DNA of 64,000 nucleotides from an uncultured delta proteobacterium (GTDB taxonomy: Bacteria > Desulfobacterota > Desulfomonilia > Desulfomonilales > Desulfomonilaceae), in NCBI GenBank assembly GCA_963789265.1, contig CAWBKB010000003.1, positions 640,001-704,000 on the forward strand. Reading direction: 5' to 3'. Below, piece after piece: positions 1-10,324 of this stretch. The notes under the pieces were generated by a model. The model was not told the DNA's origin. It made no database searches and saw nothing but the letters and a program-made list of their open reading frames with translations. Numbering within the stretch: position 1 is the stretch's first letter; every line of letters starts with the position of its first letter. The translations under genes were made by a program, and so were the position numbers.

Positions 1-133
1 AGGGGTGATGCGTGGATAAGAGCTTCTGTGGACAAGGAGAGCAATACCATGCTGTGGGAGGCCTGCGTTCCGCAGGGGCATGGACGTGCCAAGTAAAACT
101 CTGCCGAGGAAGCAAAAGATCCGGGTGAAAGGA

Positions 134-423
134 TTAGGGCTCTGAGAGGATCTTTTCGATGTCAAAGGCTAGGTCCGGCAATTTATTACAGGTTTTCATA
201 AATACGCTGAGGCTGAAGACGGCACGGAAGAAGATTGCTTCGCTGCGCTCGCAATGACCGGTAGTGGGAATGTCATTGCGAGGAGTGAAACGACGAAGCA
301 ATCTCTACCGTGAAAATCCGCGACCGTACTTACGAAAACCAGTACTAAGCTTGACGTCAGGCTGTGAATTCGCATCGCTGAGGCGAGCATGTCCTCAAGA
401 GAGACCTTATAATCCCGTGGCAT
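134..423 (-). pseudogene. HepT/DUF86 (HEPN) toxin remnant disrupted by a MITE, central part missing
   Basis: The N-terminus MPRDYKVSLEDMLAS.. (from 423) and the C-terminus NKLPDLAFDIEKILSEP* (to 134) both resemble DUF86 ends. The middle, including the RxxxxH motif, is replaced by the repeat at 187-344. Overlaps the end of the MNT gene. Confidence 0.7.
187..344. mobile_element. MITE, family A copy 1 (TAC...GTA termini) carrying a palindromic repeat pair
   Basis: TIRs TACAGGTTTTCATAAATACG / TACTGGTTTTCGTAAGTACG (17/20 match). Internal GATTGCTTCGCTGCGCTCGCAATGAC ... GTCATTGCGAGGAGTGAAACGACGAAGCAATC. Confidence 0.75.
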
Positions 424-701
424 AAATGGTCCCCTCAAAGATATTTTTGCGCAGTCTGGGTTTGACGGCATCGGCTATTACTAGGTCTACACGGTGCCCG
501 AACAGGTCTTCAAGGAAGAATTTCAGGTCCATATAATTGTCGAAGGTTTTTTTTCCCAAAGTCTACGAGAAAGTCCATATCGCTGTTTTCTGTCTGATCA
601 CCGCGCGCGTACGACCCGAAGATACCTAGACGCCGCACACCGAAGCCGCGTATGGCTTCGCGATTCTCTTCCAATTTCGTTAGGATTTCGTCACGGTTCA
701 T
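407..701 (-). CDS. MntA-like minimal nucleotidyltransferase antitoxin (frameshift in an A8 run near 550)
   Basis: FGSYARGD..SDMD motif. Removing one A continues the frame as KKTFDNYMDLKFFLEDLFGHRVDLV..., stop at 407. Confidence 0.85.
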
Positions 702-991
702 TGGAGTAACACCATATTCTTCATCGAGTACCGCCAGATAGCTTTGACCGAGTCCCCCCCGGGCAAGCCAACTTTCCAGGATCGGGCAACATTATTTCCT
801 GCGAGGGACGTAACGGGCGTTAGTTGCGTCGGGCATGGCACAAGATGTAAAGATGCCGGTAGGATGCTGGTGAGTCCCGCGGCACGCGGAACGAACCGCA
901 TCGTTCGCGGTTTTTTCTCGATTGATGCGGTTCTCCCGCGCAGAACGCGGGCTCACCAGCATCCTACGATGATACCGACTCCGGTCCTCTA

Positions 992-1062
992 GCGGCAGCG
1001 ACCACCGGATTCATCCGGGGGAGCGAAAATGCCGCCGAAGCCACCGCCTTCAGGCGGTGGAG
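992..1062. repeat. Double-hairpin element resembling IS200/IS605 ends; may also terminate the pilT transcript
   Basis: Hairpins CCGGAT-TC-ATCCGG and GAAG-CCACCGCC-TTCA-GGCGGTGG-AG. Confidence 0.45.
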
Positions 1063-1091
1063 CCTTCGCTCAAGCGCGTGAGGCCGCTTCT

Positions 1092-2162
1092 TTATTCAAG
1101 TATCTCTTCCGAGCACTGTACTGCAAAAGCGCTTTTGTCGATGGCTTTCCAATATGCTTCTTCGGGACGTATGCGTTTCTGATCCACCAATTGTTGCAGA
1201 GCCTGATCCATAGTCTGCATTCCTTCGGATGTGCCGGTTTGGATGATAGAGGAGATTTGTGTCAGCCTTCCTTCTCTTATCAAGTTCGCTACCGCCGGGC
1301 TGCTGATGAGGATCTCCACCGCGGCACATCTGCCTTTGCCGTCAGAGGTCTTCACAAGTTGTTGGGCCAGAACCCCCTTTAAAGATTCACTCAGCATGCT
1401 TCGGATCTGATTTTGCTGGCCGGCGGGAAACGCGTTGATTATGCGGTCGATGCTCTTTACGGCAGAATTCGTATGGAGTGTACCGAAGACAAGTATCCCC
1501 AGTTCTGCACATGTCAACGCGTTCGAAATGGTCTCCAGATCCCTCATTTCTCCAACCAGGATAATATCAGGGTCTTCTCGTGATGCGACTTTGAGAGCGT
1601 CCGCGAAGCTTTTGGCGTGAGCCCCGATCTCTCGTTGAGTGATTAGAGATTTCCTATTTCGGTGAACGAATTCTACCGGGTCCTCTATCGTGATGATATG
1701 CTGTTCGGAGTTGCGGTTGATATGGTCGATTATAGCGGCAAGTGTGGTGGACTTGCCTGAACCTGTAGGACCGGTAACGAGTACCAGCCCCTTTCGAATT
1801 GCCAGGATGTTTTGGACTCCCACAGGCATCCCGAGTTTGTCGAGAGGTTGTATGTCGGTGGGAATCTGTCGGAATACAGCGGAAATCCCTCTCAACTGAT
1901 AGAAATAGTTGCACCTGAAGCGCGCCAGTCCCTCTATCTCGTAAGCGATGTCCAATTCTCTGGTGGTTTGCAATCTCTTTTGCTGTTCCGCGCTCATCAT
2001 TTCAAAGAAGAGCTGTTCGTTCACTTTGTGAGAAAGCTGTTTGCGTTTGGTAGGAACCAAATCACCTTTGAGGCGAATCATCGGTGGGAGGCCCGGTGCC
2101 ATGTGGAGATCCGACGCTCCCGCATTCACCATCTCCGTGAGCAAAGCGTCTATTTCAGCCAT
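1092..2162 (-). CDS. pilT: Type IV pilus retraction ATPase, PilT family
   Basis: GPTGSGKSTT, TIEDPVE, EDPDIILVGEMRD, TLHT and AVANLIRE motifs. Start taken at MAEIDALL. Confidence 0.93.
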   Translation of the reverse strand: MAEIDALLTEMVNAGASDLHMAPGLPPMIRLKGDLVPTKRKQLSHKVNEQLFFEMMSAEQQKRLQTTRELDIAYEIEGLARFRCNYFYQLRGISAVFRQIPTDIQPLDKLGMPVGVQNILAIRKGLVLVTGPTGSGKSTTLAAIIDHINRNSEQHIITIEDPVEFVHRNRKSLITQREIGAHAKSFADALKVASREDPDIILVGEMRDLETISNALTCAELGILVFGTLHTNSAVKSIDRIINAFPAGQQNQIRSMLSESLKGVLAQQLVKTSDGKGRCAAVEILISSPAVANLIREGRLTQISSIIQTGTSEGMQTMDQALQQLVDQKRIRPEEAYWKAIDKSAFAVQCSEEILE

Positions 2163-2266
2163 GAAAGCCAACTTTCTTGAAAGAGAAAGCCCATCTTGGT
2201 CCTCTGCCTCCCAAGGCCTGTGCGCACCGCGGGAACAACTCTTCTGGAGGATCATACGGTTCCCAA

Positions 2267-3310
2267 TCAACTGAACCGTTTCTTGTTTTCTGCATGATCC
2301 TGCGCCGTCTGAGCAGTGATGCGACCGGCATGCATAAGCTGTATTATTGAGTCGTCCATGGCTTGCATCCCTTGAGCCCGGCCGGTTTGCATTATTGAGG
2401 GTAATTGATAGGTCTTTTCCGATCGGATCAAATTGGCCACGGGAACTGTGGCTACAAGGATCTCGGCAGCCAGGACCTGCCCCTTGTCGTCCGATGCAGG
2501 TAGGAGCTTCTGAGTTATGACCGCCCGAAGGCCTTCCGCCAGAAGAGTGCGAATCTGGTTTTGTTCGTCCGACGGAAAAGAATCGATCAACCTGTCAACG
2601 GTCTTGGGACCGGAAGAGGTCGCCAAGGTCCCCATAACCAGATGCCCGGTCTCACTAGCTGTGACAGCGAGTCTTACGGAATCGAGGTCTCGCAACTCTC
2701 CAACCATGATTACATCAGGATCCTCTCTGAGGGCGGCTCGGAGCGCGTTTGAAAACGATCGGGTGTGTAAGCCGACCTGACGTTGGTTCACAAGGCCTAT
2801 CTTGACGGGGTGCACGAACTCAATGGGGTCTTCTATGGTTAAGACATGGAGGGGGCGGGTCGAGTTTATAAGGTCAATCATGGAAGCCAATGTTGTAGAC
2901 TTGCCCTGACCGGTGGCCCCGGTCACCAGAATTAGCCCCTGATGAAAGTCGCAGAACTTCCTGACCACCGGCGGCAGGCCGAGTTCCTCCAATGTCGGTA
3001 TCGTGAGGGGTATGACACGAAAGTTGGCATCCAGTCCTTTTCTCTGAAGAATGACATTTCCCCTGAACCTGGCAAGACCTTCTATTTGATAACTGAAGTC
3101 CAGTTGAAGATTCTCCTCCAGGACCTGGCGCTGTTTGGGCGACAGAATCTCATAGATGAGACTCCTGGAAGACTCAGGACTGAGCTCCTTGGAATCGCCC
3201 TTCTTCAGCCGTCCGAACTGCCGAATTACATAAGGCATCCCGGTAGCCACGTGAAGGTCGGATGCCTTGGCCTGGACTGCCACCTTGAGCACCGGATCTA
3301 TGCGAGCCAT
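2267..3310 (-). CDS. pilT: PilT/PilU-family ATPase paralog
   Basis: GATGQGKSTT, TIEDPIE, ALREDPDVIMVGELRD, ETGHLV. The His-box TLHT reads TLAT. Confidence 0.88.
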   Translation of the reverse strand: MARIDPVLKVAVQAKASDLHVATGMPYVIRQFGRLKKGDSKELSPESSRSLIYEILSPKQRQVLEENLQLDFSYQIEGLARFRGNVILQRKGLDANFRVIPLTIPTLEELGLPPVVRKFCDFHQGLILVTGATGQGKSTTLASMIDLINSTRPLHVLTIEDPIEFVHPVKIGLVNQRQVGLHTRSFSNALRAALREDPDVIMVGELRDLDSVRLAVTASETGHLVMGTLATSSGPKTVDRLIDSFPSDEQNQIRTLLAEGLRAVITQKLLPASDDKGQVLAAEILVATVPVANLIRSEKTYQLPSIMQTGRAQGMQAMDDSIIQLMHAGRITAQTAQDHAENKKRFS

Positions 3311-3337
3311 TTGAGCAGTCCCTCTATGAAAACTGAG

Positions 3338-3510
3338 TTCTCTGTTTCATGAATTCGGTGCCAATTGCACGGTAGCGCCGGCGTCCCTGCCGGCGTTTCG
3401 CGAACAACCGGCACGGAAGCCGGTCCTACTGTCCCGCGAACGTGGGACCGTGTACGCGGGAATGACGGCCATGGTACCAGAATGCGTCACCGTATTTGGG
3501 AAATCGAGTA
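3338..3510. mobile_element. MITE, family A copy 2, with GTAG-type REP cargo
   Basis: Colinear reverse complement of 51250-51618 without its insert. Contains GTAGCGCCGGCGTCCCTGCCGGC and degenerate TIRs. Confidence 0.75.
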
Positions 3511-3523
3511 GGGCCACTCATGC

Positions 3524-4063
3524 CTAATAGTCTCCGAATATGATCGACCGAATAAAGTTCCGTAGTCTACGCAATTGTTCCTGGGAGATTTCCGTAATGC
3601 GGAATCCGGCAATCGGGACCTCATCGGGGTCTTCCGTACGTCTCCAGCGGCATTCAGCAGCAAACACGATTTCGCCGACGTCCTTCATTCTTCTCGGCGT
3701 AACTGCAAAGACTTTGTACTCGCCGACGTGTGCTTGAATTCCCCTCGTCTGCATACCCTTTTCAGTGATGTTGACGACCCAGCCTTTGCTCTCCGGTCGG
3801 ACCGATTCATGAACAGGCACCAGGAAAGCCAGCCGGTATCGGGGCAACTTGCGCCTAATTTCGGCATCGATCATGTCATCGCTCAATACCGGCCGACGAT
3901 AAAGCTCAACCAGACTAAGAACGTTGGTCTCGATCAGATGCTTGAAAACAGCTTTCAACTCGCCTGCGGAAAGCTGATACTTCTCCATCAGTTCCGAGTC
4001 GATCATTTGAGCATGGATATCTTCTACCATCTCTTTCAGGTTGATTCGTTGCTCGGTGTTCAT
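3524..4063 (-). CDS. PilZ-domain (c-di-GMP-binding) protein
   Basis: RKLPR (RxxxR) and NITEKG motifs, plus an N-terminal ELMEKYQLS helical motif. Confidence 0.75.
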   Translation of the reverse strand: MNTEQRINLKEMVEDIHAQMIDSELMEKYQLSAGELKAVFKHLIETNVLSLVELYRRPVLSDDMIDAEIRRKLPRYRLAFLVPVHESVRPESKGWVVNITEKGMQTRGIQAHVGEYKVFAVTPRRMKDVGEIVFAAECRWRRTEDPDEVPIAGFRITEISQEQLRRLRNFIRSIIFGDY

Positions 4064-4328
4064 GATGGCTTTCACCCGGCTAAACGTAACCCCGAATCTA
4101 AACCAACACACACGAGGCTTTCTGTCAAGGGAAACACCCAGTTGAATGCATGAGGCCAAATACAATGCGAGCCGATCGGTCGTAATTCGTGCAACTCCCA
4201 CCTCGACGCCTTAAACGAAAGGTCTTTGCTTTACAGTGTGTAAAGAAACTCGTCGGCCTCAGTCTGTCTCTACAGGCCCAGCTTTCTTGCCACACAGCAA
4301 TCGACGGCCCAAAAGCCGTTCCCCTTCA

Positions 4329-4344
4329 TGGCATGATAGTTGCT
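4329..4344 (+). promoter_or_regulatory. Sigma-54 (-24/-12) promoter
   Basis: TGGCAT-GATAG-TTGCT, about 80 bp upstream of the CDS at 4422. Confidence 0.65.
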
Positions 4345-4421
4345 CTGGTTGTAGTGCGGCTCTTATGGCTGCAACTTGTCGCAATATTCGTGGCTGCACA
4401 TTGAAATGTGAGGAGGGTGAA

Positions 4422-4637
4422 GTGGAAAAGTGCTGGGAAATCAAAGGATGTCAAGAAAAGGCTACATGTCGGGCTTTCCCGCATTTTGGCCGCTCGTGCT
4501 GGTTGATCAAAGGGAAACTGCATTTGCTCTTCGGGGGCAATGATGATGCAACTGATGAGCTTCAATGTGATTCCTGTGAAGTTTATCAGTGGCAGATTGC
4601 CCTGTCCACTGAGAGGATTTCAAAGCGAGCGCGGTGA
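4422..4637 (+). CDS. Small Cys-rich protein with two CW motifs
   Basis: GAGGAGG RBS followed by GTG. CWEIKGC..C..CWLIKG..CDSCEVY pattern. Confidence 0.75.
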   Translation: MEKCWEIKGCQEKATCRAFPHFGRSCWLIKGKLHLLFGGNDDATDELQCDSCEVYQWQIALSTERISKRAR

Positions 4638-4879
4638 CACATTTCGGGCTATGGTGGGAGAGGCATCCGAGACGGCTTCATACGCCTATCCCACCTCGGC
4701 CATTTTGCATTCTCGGTTCGAATAAAGCCATCCTATCTTTCTCGTGTCTATTTTTCCGGAAGTTTCTTCCCCTTTGTACAAGTGTTTCGTATACAATATA
4801 ACGGAGTCTACAGGCTCGGCCGGAGCATGTTCAGTGTCAGGGGGCTGTGCAAACGGAGTGCCTCTGAACGGGATCAATC

Positions 4880-6091
4880 ATGATTGATTACCCATCCCAT
4901 CTTCACTGGATCGACGGCGAGGAACGCCGAATGATCGACCTTCTTACCCGGTGGGCAGATGTCAATTCCGGCACACGCAACCTTGAGGGACTCCATGAGA
5001 TGCTGATTCTTCTTGAGAAAGAGTTCAAGGCGCTCGGCGGCCAAATTGAAAGACTCGAACTTGAGCCCCAACAATTGGAGCATTCTCCCGACAGTGCTGT
5101 GCGGGCACCTCTGGGCAAAGCTCTTCTGATTCGCAAGCGCCCCACCGCCAATTTGCATTGCTTACTGTGTTGCCACATGGACACGGTTTACTCGGAGGAC
5201 CATCCCTTTCAAAAGAGCGCTCGAATCGGGGACGATATTCTCCAGGGACCTGGGGTTACCGATGCCAAGGGCGGCATTGTAGTGATGCTCACGGCCCTCG
5301 CAGCATTTGAGCGATGCTCTTGGGCAGAGAAAGTGGGCTGGGAAATTCTCATCAATCCTGATGAAGAGATAGGCTCACCAGGTTCCGCGCCACTGTTACT
5401 CCAGGCTGCTCGGAGAAATCATCTCGGGCTGATATTCGAGCCTTCGTTTCCGGATGGAGACCTCGTAGGCGCACGCAAAGGCTCCGGCAATTTCACGGCG
5501 TTTGCGAGGGGCAGGGCCGCTCATGCAGGACGGGAGCCTCAGCTAGGAAGAAATGCTATTGACGCGTTGGCACGGTTCATTGTGGGTTTGACGTCGCCGG
5601 CCGATTCAGGTGGTGCGATAACCACGAACGTAGGCTATGTCCACGGAGGGGGACCTTTAAACGTGGTTCCTGATCTCGCTTTATGCCGCTTTAATGTGCG
5701 TGTGAATACGCGGGACGACCAAAGACTCTTTGAAGAGGGCCTTAACCGCCTTGAAGACGAAATTAACCGTATGGACGGCATTTCAATCGAAGTTCGTGGC
5801 GGTTTTGCAAGGCCGCCTAAGCCCTTGGATACCGGGACAATCAAGCTCTTGCAGCACGTTGCCGAGTGCGGCCGAGACCTGGGTTTTTCTCTGAATTGGC
5901 GGCCGACCGGCGGTGCATGTGACGGCAACAATTTGGCAGCCGCGGGACTCACAACAATTGACAGCCTCGGAGTCACAGGAGGCAATATACACAGCCCCGA
6001 GGAGTATGTTCTGGTCCACAGTCTGGCAGAACGAGCGAAGCTGACGGCCCTGTTGCTAATGAAACTGGCGGCAGGAGAGATAAAGATATAG
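4880..6091 (+). CDS. M20-family amidohydrolase, probable succinylglutamate desuccinylase substitute
   Basis: HMDTV, DAKGG and DEEIG metal-binding motifs. Lies at the head of the ast cluster. Confidence 0.85.
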   Translation: MIDYPSHLHWIDGEERRMIDLLTRWADVNSGTRNLEGLHEMLILLEKEFKALGGQIERLELEPQQLEHSPDSAVRAPLGKALLIRKRPTANLHCLLCCHMDTVYSEDHPFQKSARIGDDILQGPGVTDAKGGIVVMLTALAAFERCSWAEKVGWEILINPDEEIGSPGSAPLLLQAARRNHLGLIFEPSFPDGDLVGARKGSGNFTAFARGRAAHAGREPQLGRNAIDALARFIVGLTSPADSGGAITTNVGYVHGGGPLNVVPDLALCRFNVRVNTRDDQRLFEEGLNRLEDEINRMDGISIEVRGGFARPPKPLDTGTIKLLQHVAECGRDLGFSLNWRPTGGACDGNNLAAAGLTTIDSLGVTGGNIHSPEEYVLVHSLAERAKLTALLLMKLAAGEIKI

Positions 6092-6313
6092 TGCTGAATC
6101 TGTAGGACTTGCAGTGCCCCGGGGTCGAACCTGAAAGTCAAATCTTTGTCCTGTAATACGGTGGGCAAAGACGATGCAACGCCGCGCGAACTATTTTGCA
6201 ATCTTTAAAGGCATGGCCTGTGTGGCCCGGGGTAATTGTTGCCAAACATGAACGTGTGGTCTTGTTCCGGATGCCAAGAGCACGAGGCTTGACATGAAAC
6301 TGGTTCCCCGAAA

Positions 6314-7708
6314 ATGACAAAAACCATCGCAGCTAATCTGGCCTCGGACCCACGAATTGCGCAGGCGAAGAAACTCTTGCTGGATACTATTGCCGACCAC
6401 CAGCGAAAGATCACGGGAGTCCGCGCGCCCAACGCTGAATTCAAACAGTCTTATGACGAATTGATGGCCGAATTCAGAAATGTCCGAGGAGCGCCGCTAT
6501 TCTATCCGTATATCGGGAGCGGCATTGGAAGAGGCCCGTTTGTAGAATTGGCCGATGGCAGCATTAAGTACGACTTTATTTCCGGCATAGGTGTGCATCA
6601 TTGGGGCCATAGCCATCCGTCCGTGATAGAAGCCTCACTGGATGCGGCTCTGCAAGACACCGTGATGCAAGGCAATCTTCAGCAAAACGCAGAGGCCGCC
6701 GAAGTGGCCCGCCTGTTGCTGGACGGTGCGAATCGTATGGGCGCACTCTTTAGGCATTGTTTCCTCTCCACAAGTGGGGCCATGGCGAACGAAAACGCGC
6801 TAAAAATTATTTTCCAGAAAAAAAGCCCTGCAAACAGGATCCTGGCATTTGATGGTTGTTTTGCGGGGAGAACCCTCGCGATGCTTCAAATGACGGACAA
6901 TCCCCTCTATAGGGCCGGGTTGCCCTCGGTCCTGTCTGTGGATTATGTTCCGTTTTTCGATCCGTCTGAGCCCACCGAGAGCATCAAGAGATCGTGCCAA
7001 CATCTGGAAAGCCATCTCGCGCGTTATCCCGGCAAGCACGCGGCCATGATTTTCGAATTGGTCCTCGGAGAAGGCGGGTTTTACGCGGGGAGCAGAGATT
7101 TCTTTGCTGCTTTGATGCGCATCCTGAAGCAACACAATATCGCCGTCCTGACAGACGAAATCCAGACTTTCAGCCGTACGCCGGAACTATTTGCCTTTCA
7201 GCACTTTGGACTGGACGACCTGGTGGATGTTGTCACTGTGGGCAAATCCGCTCAGGTCTGTGCGACGCTTTTCCGGGAAGACTATAACCCGAAGCCGGGC
7301 CTCTTGAGCCAGACCTTCATCTCGAGCACTTCGTCTCTGTTTGCAGCCAAGGTCATTATTCGAGGCTTACTGGAAGGCGGCTATTGGGGCCCATCCGGAA
7401 AGATCGTTCGCTTGCACGAACATTTTCAAAAGGATCTGGAAGCCATAGCCCGGCGGCACCCGGGGCTTATCAACGGTCCGTACGGGATCGGGGCTATGAT
7501 AGCCTTCACCCCGTTTGACGGTGATCCCGAAAAGGTCAAACGATTTATTCACGCGCTTTTCCATGCCGGAGTAATAGGCTTCTATACCGGTCATAACCCG
7601 ACCAGGGTTCGTTTTCTTATACCGGTGGGTGCTGTAACTTTCGAGGACATTGACGCGGTGGCTCAGATCCTTGAGGAAACTCTGTTACGTGAGCTTGGAT
7701 CTACTTGA
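6314..7708 (+). CDS. Class III PLP aminotransferase (succinylornithine aminotransferase-like)
   Basis: SGAMANENALK, FAGRT, DEIQT and VGK motifs. ast context. Confidence 0.85.
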   Translation: MTKTIAANLASDPRIAQAKKLLLDTIADHQRKITGVRAPNAEFKQSYDELMAEFRNVRGAPLFYPYIGSGIGRGPFVELADGSIKYDFISGIGVHHWGHSHPSVIEASLDAALQDTVMQGNLQQNAEAAEVARLLLDGANRMGALFRHCFLSTSGAMANENALKIIFQKKSPANRILAFDGCFAGRTLAMLQMTDNPLYRAGLPSVLSVDYVPFFDPSEPTESIKRSCQHLESHLARYPGKHAAMIFELVLGEGGFYAGSRDFFAALMRILKQHNIAVLTDEIQTFSRTPELFAFQHFGLDDLVDVVTVGKSAQVCATLFREDYNPKPGLLSQTFISSTSSLFAAKVIIRGLLEGGYWGPSGKIVRLHEHFQKDLEAIARRHPGLINGPYGIGAMIAFTPFDGDPEKVKRFIHALFHAGVIGFYTGHNPTRVRFLIPVGAVTFEDIDAVAQILEETLLRELGST

Positions 7709-7730
7709 ACGGGTGCTTGGGAGGCCTGAT

Positions 7731-8775
7731 ATGGTTGTGGTTCGCCCGGTAAAGTTGGAAGATCTGGATCGACTCGTAGAGTTGGCTCATATTGCCAGCT
7801 TCGGTCTAACCTCCCTCCCCAGAGATAGAGATCTCTTGCATAAGAGAATCGTTCAATCGCTTCGGAGCTTTTCGGAAGCGACAGACAAGCCTTCCGGGGA
7901 GCTGTTCCTCTTCGTCCTGGAAGACATCGATGTGGGGGTAGTAGTCGGCACAAGCTGTATAGTTTCCAAGGTGGGCGGCTTTGAGCCTTTTTACGCGTAC
8001 AAAATCCAAACTGCCGTGCACAGGTCGGAGACGTTGAAGCTCAACAAGGAGATTCAGACTCTGCATCTAGTTGCCGAACACAGTGGGCCAACCGAAATAG
8101 GGGGCCTCTTTGTTGTGCCCGAGGACCGCAAGCATGGAAATGGGCGACTGCTCTCGTTATTCCGCTTCCTATTCATGGCTGAACATCCCAAGCGCTTCGA
8201 GCCGTTGATTGTCGCTGAAATGCGCGGGGTGGTGGACGATCAGTGTCGTTCACCATTCTGGGAGGCATTGGGTCGCCATTTCTTCGAGATGGACTATTGC
8301 AAGGCCGATCTCCTGAGCGTCATGGAGAAGAAGTTTATCGCGGGATCTGATGCCCACCAGTCCCATATATGTTCCTCTGCTTCCTAAATCGGCACAGGAA
8401 GTAATAGGAAAAGTTCACGAGCACACACAGCCCGCTCTCAAGCTGCTGGAGGACGAAGGATTCAGATTCAGCGGAATGGTCGACATCTTCGAGGCCGGAC
8501 CTCTCATCCATTGCCGGCTGGCTGACATTCGCATAGTCAAGGAAAGCCATAATTCCCGCGTCGATGAGATCGTCTCGGAAGGCATCGATTCGGTGAATTT
8601 CATCATTGCCCGGACCGGCCATGACTTCAGGGCATGCATGGGGCCTGTGCGCTACAGCCCCTCGGGGGGGATCTGTTTGGCACGTAAGGCGGTCGAAGCC
8701 CTCCATTTGAAACTTGGTGACAGGGTCCGTGTGTCCCCTCTGAGCCCTTCGACCACTGCACCGGAGAATGACTGA
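7731..8775 (+). CDS. astA: Arginine N-succinyltransferase (frameshift near 8343)
   Basis: GLTSLP, GRLLSLFRFLF, AEMRG, SPFWEALG, then MPTSPIY..VDIFEAGP in the next frame. Confidence 0.9.
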
Positions 8776-10247
8776 CATGGAGAGAAAGACCCATTTCATC
8801 GACAATAAGTGGATAGAAGGCAAGGGCGAGAACTTCTCGTCTCTCAATGCTGCGACAGATGAAGTTACTTGGGAGGGCAACGCGGCAAGCGATCAAGAAG
8901 TGATCGACGCGGTAAACGCTGCGGTGTCAGCATTTGAAGCGTGGGCGGACATGACTGTAGAGGATCGAATCCGATACCTGGAGGCATTTCGAAAAGAGGT
9001 TCAATCCAGCAAAGCGGAACTGGCAGAGATCATTTGCATGGAGACCGGCAAGCCGCGTCTGGGAGGCACTTACCGAAGTTAACGCAATAGTTGGCAAGAT
9101 AGAACTATCCGTTGCGGCCTATCAGGAGCGGTGCGCCACGGTAAAGATCGACGTTTCGGGTGTGCCCGCGGCCACTCGTTTTAAGCCGCAGGGTGTCGTA
9201 GCGGTTTTTGGCCCGTTTAACCTCCCCGGCCATCTCCCCAACGGCCACATTGTTCCGGCCCTTCTCGCGGGGAACACGGTTGTCTTCAAACCGAGCGAAC
9301 AGGCCCCCCTTGTCGGTCAAATAATGCAGGAGATTTGGGAGGCCGCAGGGCTCCCCAAAGGTGTGCTGAACATGGTGCAGGGCGGACGAAAGACCGGCAT
9401 GAGTCTCGCCGCGAATAGCAAACTCAACGGTCTTTTCTTCACAGGGAGCGCCGAGGCCGGCAAAGCTTTGCACAGCCTCTGCGGCGGCCGACCGGAGAAG
9501 ATACTAGCGCTGGAAATGGGGGGTAACAATCCGCTGGTGGTCTACGGTGCGGCGGATCATAACGCATCAGCCTACTTGACCATTCAGTCCGCGTTTATCA
9601 CCGCGGGCCAAAGGTGCTCTTGCGCGTGTCGGCTGATCGTGGAGGATGGAACGAGGGGCAGGCGGTTTGTCGATACTCTTATCGCCATGATGGGCAGCAT
9701 CAGAATTGGACCGTATACCGATAGGCCCGAGCCTTTCATGGGGCCGGTGATTTCCGGCCGCGCCGCCGAGAGTCTTCTGGCAGCACAGGCCAGTCTGGGG
9801 AAAAATGGCGGGGAGCCCCTGGTGGAAATGAAAAGACTAGGTTCGGGCGGAAACTTTCTGTCACCCGGACTGATGGACGTGACCAACGTATCAAACCGTC
9901 CGGATGTGGAACTATTTGGTCCGTTCCTTCAACTTATTAGAGTTTCCGACTTCGATGCCGCGGTCCGAGAGGCCGGCAACACCTCTTACGGGCTAGTGGC
10001 CGGGCTGCTAAGTGACGACAGGGACTTGTACGATCGTTTCTACCGAAAGATTCGTGCAGGAGTAGTTAACTGGAATCGGCAGACAACCGGGGCGAGCAGT
10101 AGAATGCCGTTCGGAGGAGTGGGCGCCAGCGGTAACCATCGTCCGAGCGGCTATTATGCGTCGGACTACTGCTCCTATCCGGTGGCCACCATAGAATCGG
10201 AGCGGCTGGAGCTACCTTCTCAGCCCTTGCCGGGGATTGAATTGTAA
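8768..10247 (+). CDS. astD: Succinylglutamate-semialdehyde dehydrogenase (frameshift near 9060)
   Basis: FGPFNLPGHLPNGHIVPALLAGN, ALEMGGNNP, GQRC, SGNHRPSGYYA. Confidence 0.92.
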
Positions 10248-10324
10248 GCCTTCAAAGGACCGGCAAATCGAGGCCTGGAAGCAGATCGCAATTTTCCCGC
10301 ATTCAGGTCGCGGGTCGATAATTT

